The notes under the pieces were generated by a model. That model searched no databases. It saw only the letters and a list, made by a program, of their open reading frames with translations, and was not told the DNA's origin. A stretch of 64,000 nucleotides of DNA from NCBI GenBank assembly GCA_963767735.1, contig CAVYES010000002.1, positions 216,199 through 280,198 of the forward strand. The letters are read 5' to 3'. The stretch comes from Candidatus Bathyarchaeota archaeon (GTDB lineage Archaea; Thermoproteota; Bathyarchaeia; Bathyarchaeales; Bathycorpusculaceae). Shown here in pieces: positions 1-10,648 of the stretch (positions within the stretch are counted from its first letter, which is position 1; every line of letters begins with the position of its first letter). The position numbers were made by a program, and so were the translations under genes.

Positions 1-406
1 TGACGATGCGCGGCACTTTAATGCTGCCTAAAGTTTCGCAGTCGGGGATAGAAATTTTGACTTTGTCTTTTTGGTACCGCAAATTGAGGAATTCCACGCC
101 GTTTCGTTGGCACATTTCCTTCATGCCTGTGGCTTCATAGGCTTTGTCAGCGTTAGTCATGGTTGCGTCTGATTCCACAACGAAGATTTCAAGGGGCAAA
201 TCTCCAAGCTTTTTTATTATGGCTTCAACCACTATCGGGTCGGTTGTTGCTCCTGACTCCCATATTTCAGTGCATATGAAATTGACTTTTATGAGGGCTT
301 TCTTGTAACCCGAAAAGCATGATTTGTAATCTACTAAGTCAAGGGCCCTAAAAACAGGTTCATGCCCTCTCTCGCCCTTCACAACTGCGACCGTCGATTT
401 CTCCGT
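1..406 (-). CDS. DUF362 family (Fe-S) protein, 5' part; runs off the left edge
   Basis: Manual translation: TEKSTVAVVKGERGHEPVFRALDLVDY..ALIKVNFIC..SGATTDPIVVEAII..VVESDA, the typical DUF362 N-terminus. Frame opens at ACG 406 right after a TAA; first canonical start is GTG 382. Confidence 0.75.
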
Positions 407-914
407 TTAAGACACCAACCCTTATTGGCTCAATTAAGCTTTAAACGTTTACCATCACTCAACACCCACATTGGAAATACGCAAAATCAAAAAGCAACGT
501 TTCACGTAGAAAGTGCACGGCTTTAAGTCAGTGCAGTCCAATATTGAATTATGTCTGGAACCCATTGAAACTGCGTGAAAACTTGAGATAAGCCCTGACA
601 AATAAGCCATCTTAGGCATAAATGCTCTATTAGAACAGTCAGTCTATGTGGCCACCGCTTGGATAGTTTTGGAAGAAGAAAAACGGTTCCATTAAGCTTC
701 TTCTTCTCTTAAAAAAAACCGCCAATAAAATTTTGATAATCGCAATTGCTGGGGAGCGCCTATTTGGATCATGTAGAAAACCGGGAAGGCAGGTTGTGAG
801 AGAGAAAGACCAATGGGTAGGCTTGAGCACATAACTGCTGCTTCCTACAGGGTACCCTAATATTTGTGCAAAAAAGCAACCGCAAAAACCAGGACTAAAA
901 GCCCAACTTTTAAG

Positions 915-1499
915 TTAGCTCGATTCGTCGATGCTTTTTTTGTACAGTGCCTTATTAATTACTCGTACATCAAGGTTTTGTTTGGCAGCCGTTTTCCTAA
1001 TTACCCCGAGCAGTTTTAGGTAATTCTGGGCTGTTAACAGGTTAGGCGGTGGATTACCAAGTAGAGCCTTCCACACTGTTGCGTCAAAGATGCAGTATTG
1101 TTTTGGGTCGAAAAAAGCGAGGATAACGCTGGCTAACATGGGGCTTACCCCTTCGAGCAGTGTGAGGCAGTTCATTCGGTAAGCGTCTTCGCATGATGGA
1201 ATGCTTAAAGCTTGGCTGGATAAGCGATTAACCGTGTCCTCATTGTTTCGGCTTACTAACTCTAAAACCCGCGTTTTCTTCTCTGAATCTTCTATGAATT
1301 TCCATTCAACCACCTGAGCTAAGTCAGCTATAGTTAATGCTTTCGCTTTTCGGAATTTAGAGCCCAACTCCCGTTCTCTCTGAGCCTGCCACCCGAAGGC
1401 TTTATCGTATTTGCGGCTCCACTTCAAAAAATCAGCTTTATCCACGTAATCACCATGCAATGGATAATTGATAATTAGCTTCCTTTTCTGCTTTTGCAC
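915..1499 (-). CDS. Conserved hypothetical protein, HhH DNA-glycosylase-like fold
   Basis: 194 aa; VVEWK and LEGVSPMLASVILAFFDP..IFD..VW resemble a helix-hairpin-helix plus Asp motif. Confidence 0.55.
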   Translation of the reverse strand: MQKQKRKLIINYPLHGDYVDKADFLKWSRKYDKAFGWQAQRERELGSKFRKAKALTIADLAQVVEWKFIEDSEKKTRVLELVSRNNEDTVNRLSSQALSIPSCEDAYRMNCLTLLEGVSPMLASVILAFFDPKQYCIFDATVWKALLGNPPPNLLTAQNYLKLLGVIRKTAAKQNLDVRVINKALYKKSIDESS

Positions 1500-1537
1500 A
1501 AAAAACTAATCAAAAATAAATTAAGAAGGGGTGAAGG

Positions 1538-1663
1538 TTAGTTTTGGTCTACTAAATGGGCTGTTCCGTCGGGGCAGTAGACTTTTTCGTCTTTGCTGAC
1601 GCGTCTGTAGCGTTCACTGCACATGTGCAGGAGCGAGCATCCGTCACAATCTCTACTCAGCAT
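1538..1663 (-). CDS. 41-aa Cys-rich microprotein (possible metal binder)
   Basis: Below the ORF-track cutoff. MLSRDCDGCSLLHMCSERYRRVSKDEKVYCPDGTAHLVDQN; GAGGAGG 7 nt upstream of the ATG. Confidence 0.65.
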   Translation of the reverse strand: MLSRDCDGCSLLHMCSERYRRVSKDEKVYCPDGTAHLVDQN

Positions 1664-1858
1664 TTCTTCGCCTCCTCTTAGAGCGTTTAACATCGGTGAA
1701 ATCCGCTTATAAGGCTATGTAATATGCATGTATATACATACAAGAACAAATTACCTGCACTTCTTACGTGCAGTACATGTCTTGTAAGCAATGCAGTTCC
1801 CCGAGCAGGAGATGGCTACTAATAGTAAAAACGGTTGGGATTAACGCGCGGCTTTTTT

Positions 1859-2497
1859 CTAGCCGTTCTTATTAGATCTATGGGAAGGCCAGCATTTCTG
1901 GCAGTACACGGGTCGGTCAGCGTGGGGTTGAAATGGCACTTTACATTCGCAACCACAGTCGCTACAAACTGCGGTGTAAGCTGTTTCTTGATGAAACTGG
2001 CTAAACAAATGGTAGTTCTTGAGTCGCGGCCAACCTGTCTTGGCGTAGCGTAGCATATCAGGGTTATTTTTTAGCCAGCGCATCATATGAAAGAAGCTTT
2101 TACCTCTTTTTTCTTCACGTTCAGCCAACGGTTCGTAGCCTAAGTTGCGGATTTCGTCTAGGTAAGCGATTTCTGTTAGCCTCTGCGCTTCGCCGACGAC
2201 TCTTATGCGTTTAACGCGGTCTTCGCCGTAAACTTTGCGGAGCTCCTCAGCGGCTACGTCGAAGATGCAGCCTTGACAAATGTGAATTTCATCATCTGGC
2301 TTAAGGTTAAACCATGCAGCAAGTTTAGAAACGATGCGTGAGGCCTCTTGAAGGTACTCTTTTTCGCGAAAGATTTCTTGGTAGAATCTAACGTCAATCA
2401 TGTCGTATTTGAAGTCGCCTGTTTCTTCCCGGTAAGCACCGATTACTACGCCGAAAAGTAAGTCACCGCTGCCTGCATCGTCAACAATAAGCGTCAA
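1859..2497 (-). CDS. RNase HII/HIII-like fold protein with C-terminal CxxC-x17-CxxC zinc ribbon
   Basis: N-terminal VDDAGSGD..GVVIG resembles the RNase HII DEAGRG motif; C-terminal CSDCGCECKVPFQPHADRPVYCQKC; GAGGT SD before TTG. Confidence 0.6.
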   Translation of the reverse strand: MTLIVDDAGSGDLLFGVVIGAYREETGDFKYDMIDVRFYQEIFREKEYLQEASRIVSKLAAWFNLKPDDEIHICQGCIFDVAAEELRKVYGEDRVKRIRVVGEAQRLTEIAYLDEIRNLGYEPLAEREEKRGKSFFHMMRWLKNNPDMLRYAKTGWPRLKNYHLFSQFHQETAYTAVCSDCGCECKVPFQPHADRPVYCQKCWPSHRSNKNG

Positions 2498-2600
2498 ATT
2501 TTTAGTGACCTCACTTCATCCAAGCAATGCTTAATTGGTATAAAAATAATCCTCCCAAAAAGAAACAGAACTGATGGAGTTTATCTACCTGTTGCCGTCG

Positions 2601-3236
2601 CTAACTGCTGCTTAATACTTCAGCAGGGCTTTGTGACGTGCTTATTACGCCTTTTTTCCCAAGACGCAGTTGCTTCTCGCCTCTAAAAACGCATATATGC
2701 GAATTCTTTATTTCAATGTTATCTCCGACTGCGACGGCGTTTATTTGTCCTTCCCATAGGCAAAGCTTGATTTTTCCCGTTTCGTCTCCAACCAAAGCGT
2801 TAACTACTCTGACAGTATTGCCAAATTGCGTGTGAACCTGTACCGGCTTAGGAATCTCTAGAACCTCAGCTTTAACATTAACCCTTTTCATACAAGCTCT
2901 CAAATCGTGAATCGAAGTAAAAACCGAATCAATATTTTGTTTAGCGATTTTTTTGCATATTTTATCCGTTGTCATCCAGCTTTCGAAAGGATTGTCTTTT
3001 CTCAACAGGAATTCTTCATCGACTCTGAACTGAGCCACAGCGTTATTGTCTTTTTTTATTAGAAAAATTATTTCATCTTTCACTTTACCGCGGTATTCAA
3101 CTGTAAGGGTGCCGCAGACGGCTTTTTCGTTGTCTTTTGCTTTTATAAGCGCTTGGAAGACTTCAGAGGGGTAAATGTTGTGTTTTACTGAAAGAAGAGC
3201 AATGTGCTCTCCTAAAGTTGATTTTTTCTGTCTCAC
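2601..3236 (-). CDS. OB-fold (SSB/RPA-like) protein with uncharacterised N-terminal domain
   Basis: C-terminal half VNVKAEVLEI..TQFG..VNALVGDETGKIKLCLW..GDNIEI.N..FRGEKQL is an archaeal SSB-type OB fold. Confidence 0.75.
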   Translation of the reverse strand: MRQKKSTLGEHIALLSVKHNIYPSEVFQALIKAKDNEKAVCGTLTVEYRGKVKDEIIFLIKKDNNAVAQFRVDEEFLLRKDNPFESWMTTDKICKKIAKQNIDSVFTSIHDLRACMKRVNVKAEVLEIPKPVQVHTQFGNTVRVVNALVGDETGKIKLCLWEGQINAVAVGDNIEIKNSHICVFRGEKQLRLGKKGVISTSQSPAEVLSSS

Positions 3237-3598
3237 ATTTCTTCTCCCATGTGTCTGTCAGAGTAAGGAGAAAAAGCAAACACAAAGTGTTCCATACTTT
3301 CTCTCAATATTTTGAATGCCTACAATATAACGAAGCGTACCTATATTAGCTTGAATGTACAAAAAACGTTTTTTTCCGAATTTTTAAGGAAATTTTAAAC
3401 CTCGAGTCACAATAATAAAAAACATTCGAAATGCTCATCTTTATTTGTCTCTTTCTCTTGTAGAAAAGGTTGGGTTAATTTTTTATGGTTAAATCGAAGA
3501 TAGGAAGCATTCAATTTATAAGCGTGGAAAACAAGTTAAATGGTAGTGTGTAAAAAGCAATTTTTGCACAGCAAATGTAGTAGGAGTTGAAATAGCGA

Positions 3599-3739
3599 AT
3601 GTATAATAACCGAGAAATGCACAAGGCAACCTGCGCTGACTGCGGAAAAGAATGCGATGTTCCTTTCAAGCCAGACGGCTCCAGGCCAGTTTATTGCCGT
3701 GAGTGCTACGCAAAACGAAGACCACCAAGAAGATATTAA
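3599..3739 (+). CDS. Stand-alone CxxC-x17-CxxC zinc-ribbon protein (46 aa)
   Basis: Manual translation MYNNREMHKATCADCGKECDVPFKPDGSRPVYCRECYAKRRPPRRY; GGAG upstream and a T-rich tract downstream. Confidence 0.9.
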   Translation: MYNNREMHKATCADCGKECDVPFKPDGSRPVYCRECYAKRRPPRRY

Positions 3740-3835
3740 GCTTATTAGCTGAACATCTTTTAGTTTGTCCTTATTAGTTTCTTTTTATTTTTTATCTTTT
3801 TATGTTGCAGGCAACCGCAACTATTTACAATTTAA

Positions 3836-4621
3836 ATGCTAACAGAAATGAAACAGTTCCTCATTACGTCCTCAGCTGGAAAACGCTTAATCGCCAAAGC
3901 ATTAGCAAATCACCCCATAATTTTAAGCGCAATTAAAAATGGCACGCTTGTAATTGTAGCTGGAACAACGAACGGTTACGTCGCGAAAGAAATATTGAAA
4001 ACCCAAAAAATTTCATACGACTTCTCCAGAAAACGCTTTTTCCGCGGAATAACTTTGCCTCCCAACAAAACCCTAACGGTTAAAGGGCGAGTGGCTGACG
4101 AAAGCGGATTTCCCGGAGACGTAGTGATAACTAAAGGTATTTGGCAAAAAGGCAAAACGATATCCGATGTGGTTGACTCACTCAAAGAAGGCGACGTTAT
4201 CTTAAAAGGCGCAAATGCCTTGGATTTAGACCGCAAACAAGCAGCTATCTTAATTGGTCACCCGAAAGCTGGAACCATAGGTTTAGCGTTGCCCACCGTT
4301 ATAGGACGCCGCGTAAACTCATAATACCCGTAGGCTTGGAGAAACGCATAAACGGCGACATATGCTTTAGCTGAAAAAGTAAATGAATCTGGCGTAGGTG
4401 GCTATCGCTTGCTACCTGTTCCTGGACAAGTGTTTACTGAGTTGGAGGCAGTGAACTTTTGGAGTGGAGCCAATGTTGAATTGTTTGCGGCTGGCGGAGT
4501 CTGCGGTGCAGAAGGGTCATGTTGGCTGGCTGTTGCGGGCACAAAAGAACAGGAAGAGGGGGCAGAAAAAATCTTTGCTTCCGTGGCTCATGAACCACAA
4601 TTTAATCTTGATAGCCTTTAA
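3836..4621 (+). CDS. Conserved hypothetical protein, interrupted by two small deletions (about 4317 and 4362)
   Basis: ORFs 3836-4324 and 4409-4621 share a frame; the bridging frame reads [14 protein letters not shown], so a net 3 nt is missing. Confidence 0.65.
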
Positions 4622-4787
4622 GACCACAACCAGATTCCATCTCTTTAGTTAGCTGTTGGCTTTTGTTTGCTTTTTGTTACTGGATTTTGCGACAAATAGC
4701 TGGTACTCCTATAGGTCAAGCAGTTGTTTGCACTCTCTCAGCCTACTCTCGGTCCACGGATGTTCATGATCTCCGGCAAAACTTTAC

Positions 4788-5102
4788 CTATTTACTTATT
4801 TGGGCGCTTTCAATATACTCGGTTTTCGTGTAGTAATTAAAAGAACAATCAAAAGAGTAAGTTTGATTTTCTTGCAGGTTAAGATAAAGCGGTGTATTAT
4901 TTAAAATATACAATGTTTTTCCGCCCGAGAGTTCAACCATGTCTTCATTTGCGTTGATTACACTTTTTGAAACTATTAAGCCGTTTTCTCCTGAAGGGAT
5001 ATTCTTTAAATTGTCAAATACAATGAGGGCGACGATGCCTATTGTCACTATTGAAATTATTATAACAACAACAATTGTTAATACGAAAGGATCAGTTTTC
5101 AT
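4788..5102 (-). CDS. Small single-pass membrane hypothetical protein
   Basis: 104 aa with an N-terminal hydrophobic helix. Confidence 0.55.
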   Translation of the reverse strand: MKTDPFVLTIVVVIIISIVTIGIVALIVFDNLKNIPSGENGLIVSKSVINANEDMVELSGGKTLYILNNTPLYLNLQENQTYSFDCSFNYYTKTEYIESAQISK

Positions 5103-5206
5103 CGTTATTTCCGTTGTCTTCTTGGTTTGCTTTGTTTAAATGTCTTGCTGTTTTCACATCGCAGACTTCAGCTCTTGCCCGCAGCACCAAACCCCGTCCC
5201 TTTTGC

Positions 5207-6058
5207 CTAAGAGGAGGCAAGAATGTTCTCCTTGGCATTCCAATACCGTGCTAATGCTGTTAAGGCTTCTTCAAACAAGTAGTCCTGCGGCATCACATCA
5301 ACTTTTATGCCCATTTCCCTTAAGGCTTCGGCAGTTGTAGGTCCAATCGCAACAGTTGTAACTTTACTATTTATTAGGGCTCGGAGTGTTTCCATCGGTG
5401 CGTTTTCAGTGAGCATTTTGAAAATATTTTTGGCGCTTAATCCGCTGCCGAAAACAATTGCGTCAATTTTTCCAGAGGTTAAATCTTGAAAAAAATTGTC
5501 TTTCAATTTCTTGTCCACGGGCAAGCCTGACTCGTAAACGTAGACTTCTTCGACTTGGGCGCCCATTTCCTTGAGTTTCTCAGTTAAAGTTGGTGTTGCT
5601 CCAGTGGTTCTTGGAATGCGTATGGTTTTGCCTGAAATTTCTTTGCCCTGCAAGCACTCGATTAATCCTTCAGAACTGTACTTCAACGGGACTAAGCTCA
5701 CATGCACATGGTATTCTTCTTCCAGCGCCTGAGCAGTTCTGGGGCCAACAGCAATAACAAACGTCTTAGCCAAGCCTTCCTTCAATTGGCTGGATTGCTT
5801 TAGGGTTTCAGCAGCACTAAAAAGGTATTTCACGCCGTTAGTGCTCATAAAAATAACATAGTCAACTTGCCCCTTTAGCAGTTCACTGACAAATTTTTTG
5901 ACTGGTGAAAAATTGGTTAAACCTTTGATTTCTATGGCAGGTATAAAGTAGGGTATTCCGCCTTTTTCCTTGATTAGTTTGCCCGCTTCTTCCGCCTGAC
6001 CTGCTGGGCGCGTTATGGCAACTGTTTTTCCTTTCAGGCTAGGGGTTTTTTGAACCAT
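5207..6058 (-). CDS. hemD: Uroporphyrinogen-III synthase
   Basis: LKGKTVAITRP, FMSTNGV, AVGPRTA, VYVY, IGPTTAEAL; hem operon context. Confidence 0.92.
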   Translation of the reverse strand: MVQKTPSLKGKTVAITRPAGQAEEAGKLIKEKGGIPYFIPAIEIKGLTNFSPVKKFVSELLKGQVDYVIFMSTNGVKYLFSAAETLKQSSQLKEGLAKTFVIAVGPRTAQALEEEYHVHVSLVPLKYSSEGLIECLQGKEISGKTIRIPRTTGATPTLTEKLKEMGAQVEEVYVYESGLPVDKKLKDNFFQDLTSGKIDAIVFGSGLSAKNIFKMLTENAPMETLRALINSKVTTVAIGPTTAEALREMGIKVDVMPQDYLFEEALTALARYWNAKENILASS

Positions 6059-6789
6059 GCGAGTTTCCTGCCTAAGTTTGCAACTTCACCTATAACTATG
6101 ACTGCCGGCGGCTTGACCTGTTTTTCTTCTGCTTCTTTTGCGAGTGTGCCTATTTTGCCAATGATTGTTCTCTGATTCTTTAGGGTGCCTGATTCGATGA
6201 TGGCTGCTGGCGTTTCTGGGTTTAAGCCGCCTTCAATTAGTTTTTCCGTTATAGCTTCAAGCGATTCCACGCCCATCAAAATAACCATCGTGTCCACGGC
6301 GTCGGCTATTTTTGCCCAGTTAATTATTTTTTCCGCGTCGCCTGCCCTGTGTCCCGTAATGATTGCTACTGAAGCCGCGTAATCTCTATGCGTCAACGGT
6401 ATGCCCGCATACATTGGAGCGGCAACAGCTGAACTGACTCCAGGCACAACTTCAAATTCGATGCCTTTTTCCACAAGGGCTTCGGCTTCTTCGCCGCCTC
6501 TGCCGAAAACAAACGGGTCGCCGCCTTTGAGCCTAACAACTTTGCCGCCAAGTTGGGCTTTCTCAATTATCAACTCAGTAATTTTGTCCTGTGGAACCTC
6601 ATGTTTGCCTGTTCTTTTTCCAACATAAATTTTTTCTGCTTTTTCTGGGGCTAAGTTGAGAATTGATTCGCCAACTAGTCTATCATATATTACAACGTCA
6701 GCTTCTTTCAGCAACTCAACCGCTCTGACCGTAAGCAGTTTGGGGTCGCCGGGGCCAGCGCCTACAAGGTAAACTTTACCATGCCCCAT
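6034..6789 (-). CDS. cobA: Uroporphyrinogen-III C-methyltransferase
   Basis: VYLVGAGPGDPKLLT, YDRLV, RLKGGDPFVFGRGGEE, GIPLTHR. Confidence 0.95.
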   Translation of the reverse strand: MGHGKVYLVGAGPGDPKLLTVRAVELLKEADVVIYDRLVGESILNLAPEKAEKIYVGKRTGKHEVPQDKITELIIEKAQLGGKVVRLKGGDPFVFGRGGEEAEALVEKGIEFEVVPGVSSAVAAPMYAGIPLTHRDYAASVAIITGHRAGDAEKIINWAKIADAVDTMVILMGVESLEAITEKLIEGGLNPETPAAIIESGTLKNQRTIIGKIGTLAKEAEEKQVKPPAVIVIGEVANLGRKLAWFKKPLA

Positions 6790-7712
6790 ACTTTTCTCTC
6801 CATTCTTTCTCGAAGTCTTTGGCTCCTTGCTTTATGAGGCCTGCACCGACTTTTTCGCCGAGCATTTCAGCTTCAGCTAATGTGCCTTGTGCAGATGCGC
6901 TGATTTTTTTTCGCTCGTTAAGTGAATAAATGCAGCCAAAAAGCGAAAGGTTGTTGCCGTTTGCTTGTCCAACCGCGCCTATTGGCACTCGGCAGCCGCC
7001 TTCCAATTCAAGCACCAGGCTGCGTTCAGCCGATAATCTCAGCCCTTGTTGCTTTATCCTCAATAGACCGCAAAAACGCTATTATTTTTTCGTTGCCTTC
7101 TTTGGCGACTACTGCTAAAGCTCCCTGTCCCGCTGCTGAAGGGAACTGGTCAAGTGGTAAGCGCTCGGTTACTTCGTTTATTAAATTCATTCTTTCAAGC
7201 CCTGCTTCAGCAATGATGACGCCTGCAAACTCGCCTTTTCTAACCTTATTGATTCGGGTGTCCACGTTGCCTCTGATGGGTTGCACGTCTAAGTCTGGGT
7301 GAATGTACTTGATTTCCGCCATTCTTCGCAGGCTGCCTGTTCCAACAACTGAGCCTTTAGCTAACTCGTTTAGCGGCACTTTGCCCTTTGAGATGAACAC
7401 GTCGTTTTGCGAATCCCTCTTGGGAATTGCAGCTAAAACCGTGCCAGTTTGCTGCTCAACGATAGGCACATCTTTTAGGCTGTGAACGGCAAAGTCGATT
7501 TCGCCGTTGATTACTTGCTGGTCGATTTCTTTTTCAAAAATGCCTTTGCAGTCAATGGAGAATAAGGGTTTGCCTTGTTCTTTGTCGCCTATGGTTTTGA
7601 TGATTTTTAAGTTAAACTCAACGTCGGGATGTGCCTGCTTGATTTGTTTTAGAACTCGGTTTGTTTGTGCAAGCGCGAGTACGCTTCCTCTGGTGCCAAC
7701 AGTTAGAATCAT
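6776..7712 (-). CDS. hemC: Hydroxymethylbilane synthase (one frameshift near 7030)
   Basis: GTRGSVLALAQ, AVHSLKDVP, GTGSLRR, IRGNVDTR, AAGQGAL, then LEGGCRVPIG in a second frame. ATG at 7712. Confidence 0.9.
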
Positions 7713-9031
7713 TGAACTGGTTTTCTCCTTTGCTGCTTTAGCTAGTGCCTTGTCAAAAGCGTTTATTGTATGCTTCAAATCATCTTCCACTATGAGCTGT
7801 TGACAAGAAGCAGGTTTCAAACTGCGACGGCGGAATAAAAACGCCTTGCCTTAAGAAGCTCATGGAAGTATGCCGTAAACATTTGCGTGTCAGATTGTTT
7901 GGCGCAGGCGTAGTCGGTGACTGGTGCCTTTGTGAAGAATATTTGGTACATTGAAGCGATATTGTAGACTTGCGCTTGCACCTTGTGAGCTTGCGCTAAG
8001 TCAGTTAGGGCTTTCTTTAATTCAACGCAGTTTTTCTCAAGTTTCGGATAAATTTCGTTCTTCTTTTTATTCAAAATATTCAGGATTGTGAAGCCTGCTG
8101 TTGCTGAAACTGGGTTGCCGCTGAAGGTTCCAGCCTGATACACTTTGCCGACTGGCGAAATGTTTTGCATGATTTCTTTTTTTCCGCCGAAAGCTGCCAG
8201 CGGGAAGCCTCCGCCAAGCACTTTGCCAAGCGTCGCCATGTCAGGTTTCACGTTGAAGTATTCTTGTGCACCGCCTAAAGCTAAACGAAAACCCGTTATG
8301 ATCTCGTCAAAAATCAAAACTGTGCCATATTCGCTTGTTATTTTTCTTAAGTAACTCAAATAATCTTTCTTGGGCAAAATAAGCCCAACATTCGCCAAAA
8401 CAGGCTCAACAATCACTGCAGCAACTTCGTTGCCTTCACTGCTTCATAACTTCCTCTAAGGCTTCAAAATCGTTATAGGGCACAACAATTGTGTTCCGAG
8501 TTGTTTCCTCTGGAATCCCAAGCGAGTTTGGCGCACTAAAAGTTGTAGCTCCTGACCCTGCCTTAACCAAAACGCTGTCGTGAGAACCGTGGAAGCAGCC
8601 TTCGAACTTGATGATTTTTTTTCTTCCAGTGTAGCCTCTTGCAGCTCGGATGGCGTGCATTGTTGCTTCTGTGCCTGAGTTTACAAGCCGCAGCATTTCC
8701 ATGCAGGGTGACGATTTGGCTATTAGCTCGGCAAATTCAACTTCTCGTTCGGTTGGTGCGCCATAAAGTGAGCCTTTAGGCTAATTGATTCTTCACGGCT
8801 TCCACAATGTCTGGGTAAGCATGCCCCAGAAGCAAAGCGCCATACGCCATACAATAGTCGATGTACGTCGGCATCGTCTGCGCTGTACATTTTTGCGCCT
8901 TGGGCATGTTCCACAAAGAATGGGTAAGGCTCAAAGGCTCGGACTGGACTGTTTACGCCTCCGGGCAGAACTTTTTTGGCTCGCTCAAAAAGCGTCTTTG
9001 ATTTGGTTTCGTTCAAGTTTGATTCAACCAC
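7709..9031 (-). CDS. hemL: Glutamate-1-semialdehyde 2,1-aminomutase (several frameshifts)
   Basis: [64 protein letters not shown] spread over successive frames. Confidence 0.9.
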
Positions 9032-9993
9032 GATTTAATGTCTTTGGCAAAGTAGGTTATGATTAGGTCGGCGCCTGCACGTTTAATGCCTGTTAAGATT
9101 TCGCGGATTACGGTTTTTTCGTCTATCCACCCGTTTTGCGCGGCAGCTTTAACCATGGAGTATTCGCCGCTGACGTTGTATGCGACAATGGGCACGTTAA
9201 AGTTTGCTTTCGCAAGACTAATAATGTCCAAGTAAGCCAAGGCGGGTTTAACCATAATCATGTCTGCGCCCTCGTTGAGGTCTAACTCCATTTCACGCAG
9301 GGCTTCCTCTTGGCTTCCTTGGCTCATCTGGTAGCTTCTGCGGTTTCCAAACTTCGGCGTGGACTCCGCTGCTTCCCTGAATGGACCATAAAAGCCTGAA
9401 GCGTATTTTGCTGAATAAGCCATAATTGGCACCTGCTCAAAACCAGCATCATCTAACGCTTCGCGGATGGCGCCAACTTGCCCGTCCATCATGGCTGAGG
9501 GCGCCACAATATCCGCGCCTGCTTCTGCTTGGCTAACCGCAACTTTACCAAGAACATCAAGGGTTTGGTCGTTTAGGACTTCGCCGTCTTTAACTAAGCC
9601 GCAGTGCCCATGACTCATATACTCACATAGGCAGACATCGCCAATAACGACAAGTTCTTCGCCATAGGTTTTTTTCAACTCGTCGATTGCCTTTTGAATA
9701 ACCCCATTTTTGGCAAAAGCGCTTGTTCCTGCTTCATCTTTTTTGGCTGGAATGCCGAAGAGAAGCACGCTTTTTACGCCTTGAGCCAACGCTTGTTTTC
9801 CTTCATCTGCAACTTGATTAATTGGCAGTCTGCTGTATCCAGGCATTGATTCGATGGCAACGGGTTTTTTGATGCCTTCGTCAACGAAGATTGGGTAAAT
9901 TAGGTTGCTTGGCTGCAGATTTATCTGGTTTAGCATGTCTCGCATGGCTGCAGTCCTGCGTAGTCTTCTCATTCTAACGGTTGGAAAACTCAA
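9013..9993 (-). CDS. hemB: Porphobilinogen synthase (Zn-type)
   Basis: [57 protein letters not shown]. Confidence 0.97.
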   Translation of the reverse strand: MSFPTVRMRRLRRTAAMRDMLNQINLQPSNLIYPIFVDEGIKKPVAIESMPGYSRLPINQVADEGKQALAQGVKSVLLFGIPAKKDEAGTSAFAKNGVIQKAIDELKKTYGEELVVIGDVCLCEYMSHGHCGLVKDGEVLNDQTLDVLGKVAVSQAEAGADIVAPSAMMDGQVGAIREALDDAGFEQVPIMAYSAKYASGFYGPFREAAESTPKFGNRRSYQMSQGSQEEALREMELDLNEGADMIMVKPALAYLDIISLAKANFNVPIVAYNVSGEYSMVKAAAQNGWIDEKTVIREILTGIKRAGADLIITYFAKDIKSWLNQT

Positions 9994-9994
9994 C

Positions 9995-10648
9995 TTACTT
10001 TGTCTCCTTTTTCTCTATGAGTTTCATGGCTATTTCTTGAGCCTCACAAAGCTTTCCTTCTTTTAAAACTTGTTTAATGTTATCGTTATTAAGTATCTCG
10101 TATAACATTTTGCTTCTAACCTTCGGATCAGAAATCTGCTCTTTGAGAATACCTCGAACATGAGATTGCAGTTGAATTTCAAGCAAATCCTCAGGCGTTA
10201 TCATTTTCTCTATTCTTTCCCTTAGCGCTCTAGCCATGGCTGGGCTTTTTCCCGAAGTGGAAACCGCAATCTTCACATCGCCAACTTGCGCGACAGCTGG
10301 CAAAATGAAATCGCTCAAGGCGGGGTTATCAACTGAGTAAACCATGCATCCCGCAGACTTTGCTGCTTTAACCAGTTCAAGGTTAAGTTTAGGCTCGTTC
10401 GTAACTGCCAAAAGTATATCTGGCTTAGGATTAAGGCTGTCAACGAAAGCTTTTGCGTCTTGAATTTCAGTTTTAACCAAAGCAACTTTTTTTGCTTCGT
10501 CTAATTTTTGGATGCCGCTTGAGAAGGCTTTGCTTATAACCCAGATTTTTGCGCCTGAATCAACGAAGCTTTGGGTTTTTCGGTAGCCCTCTGAGCCTCC
10601 GCCGACTACTATGATGGTTTTTCCGTCAAGTTTGAGGTCTATGAGCAA
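9995..10648 (-). CDS. sirC: Precorrin-2 dehydrogenase / sirohydrochlorin ferrochelatase (CysG N-terminal/Met8 family)
   Basis: VVGGG..G.RK, VDNP..SDFILPA, IAVSTSGKSPAMA. Confidence 0.9.
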   Translation of the reverse strand: MLIDLKLDGKTIIVVGGGSEGYRKTQSFVDSGAKIWVISKAFSSGIQKLDEAKKVALVKTEIQDAKAFVDSLNPKPDILLAVTNEPKLNLELVKAAKSAGCMVYSVDNPALSDFILPAVAQVGDVKIAVSTSGKSPAMARALRERIEKMITPEDLLEIQLQSHVRGILKEQISDPKVRSKMLYEILNNDNIKQVLKEGKLCEAQEIAMKLIEKKETK

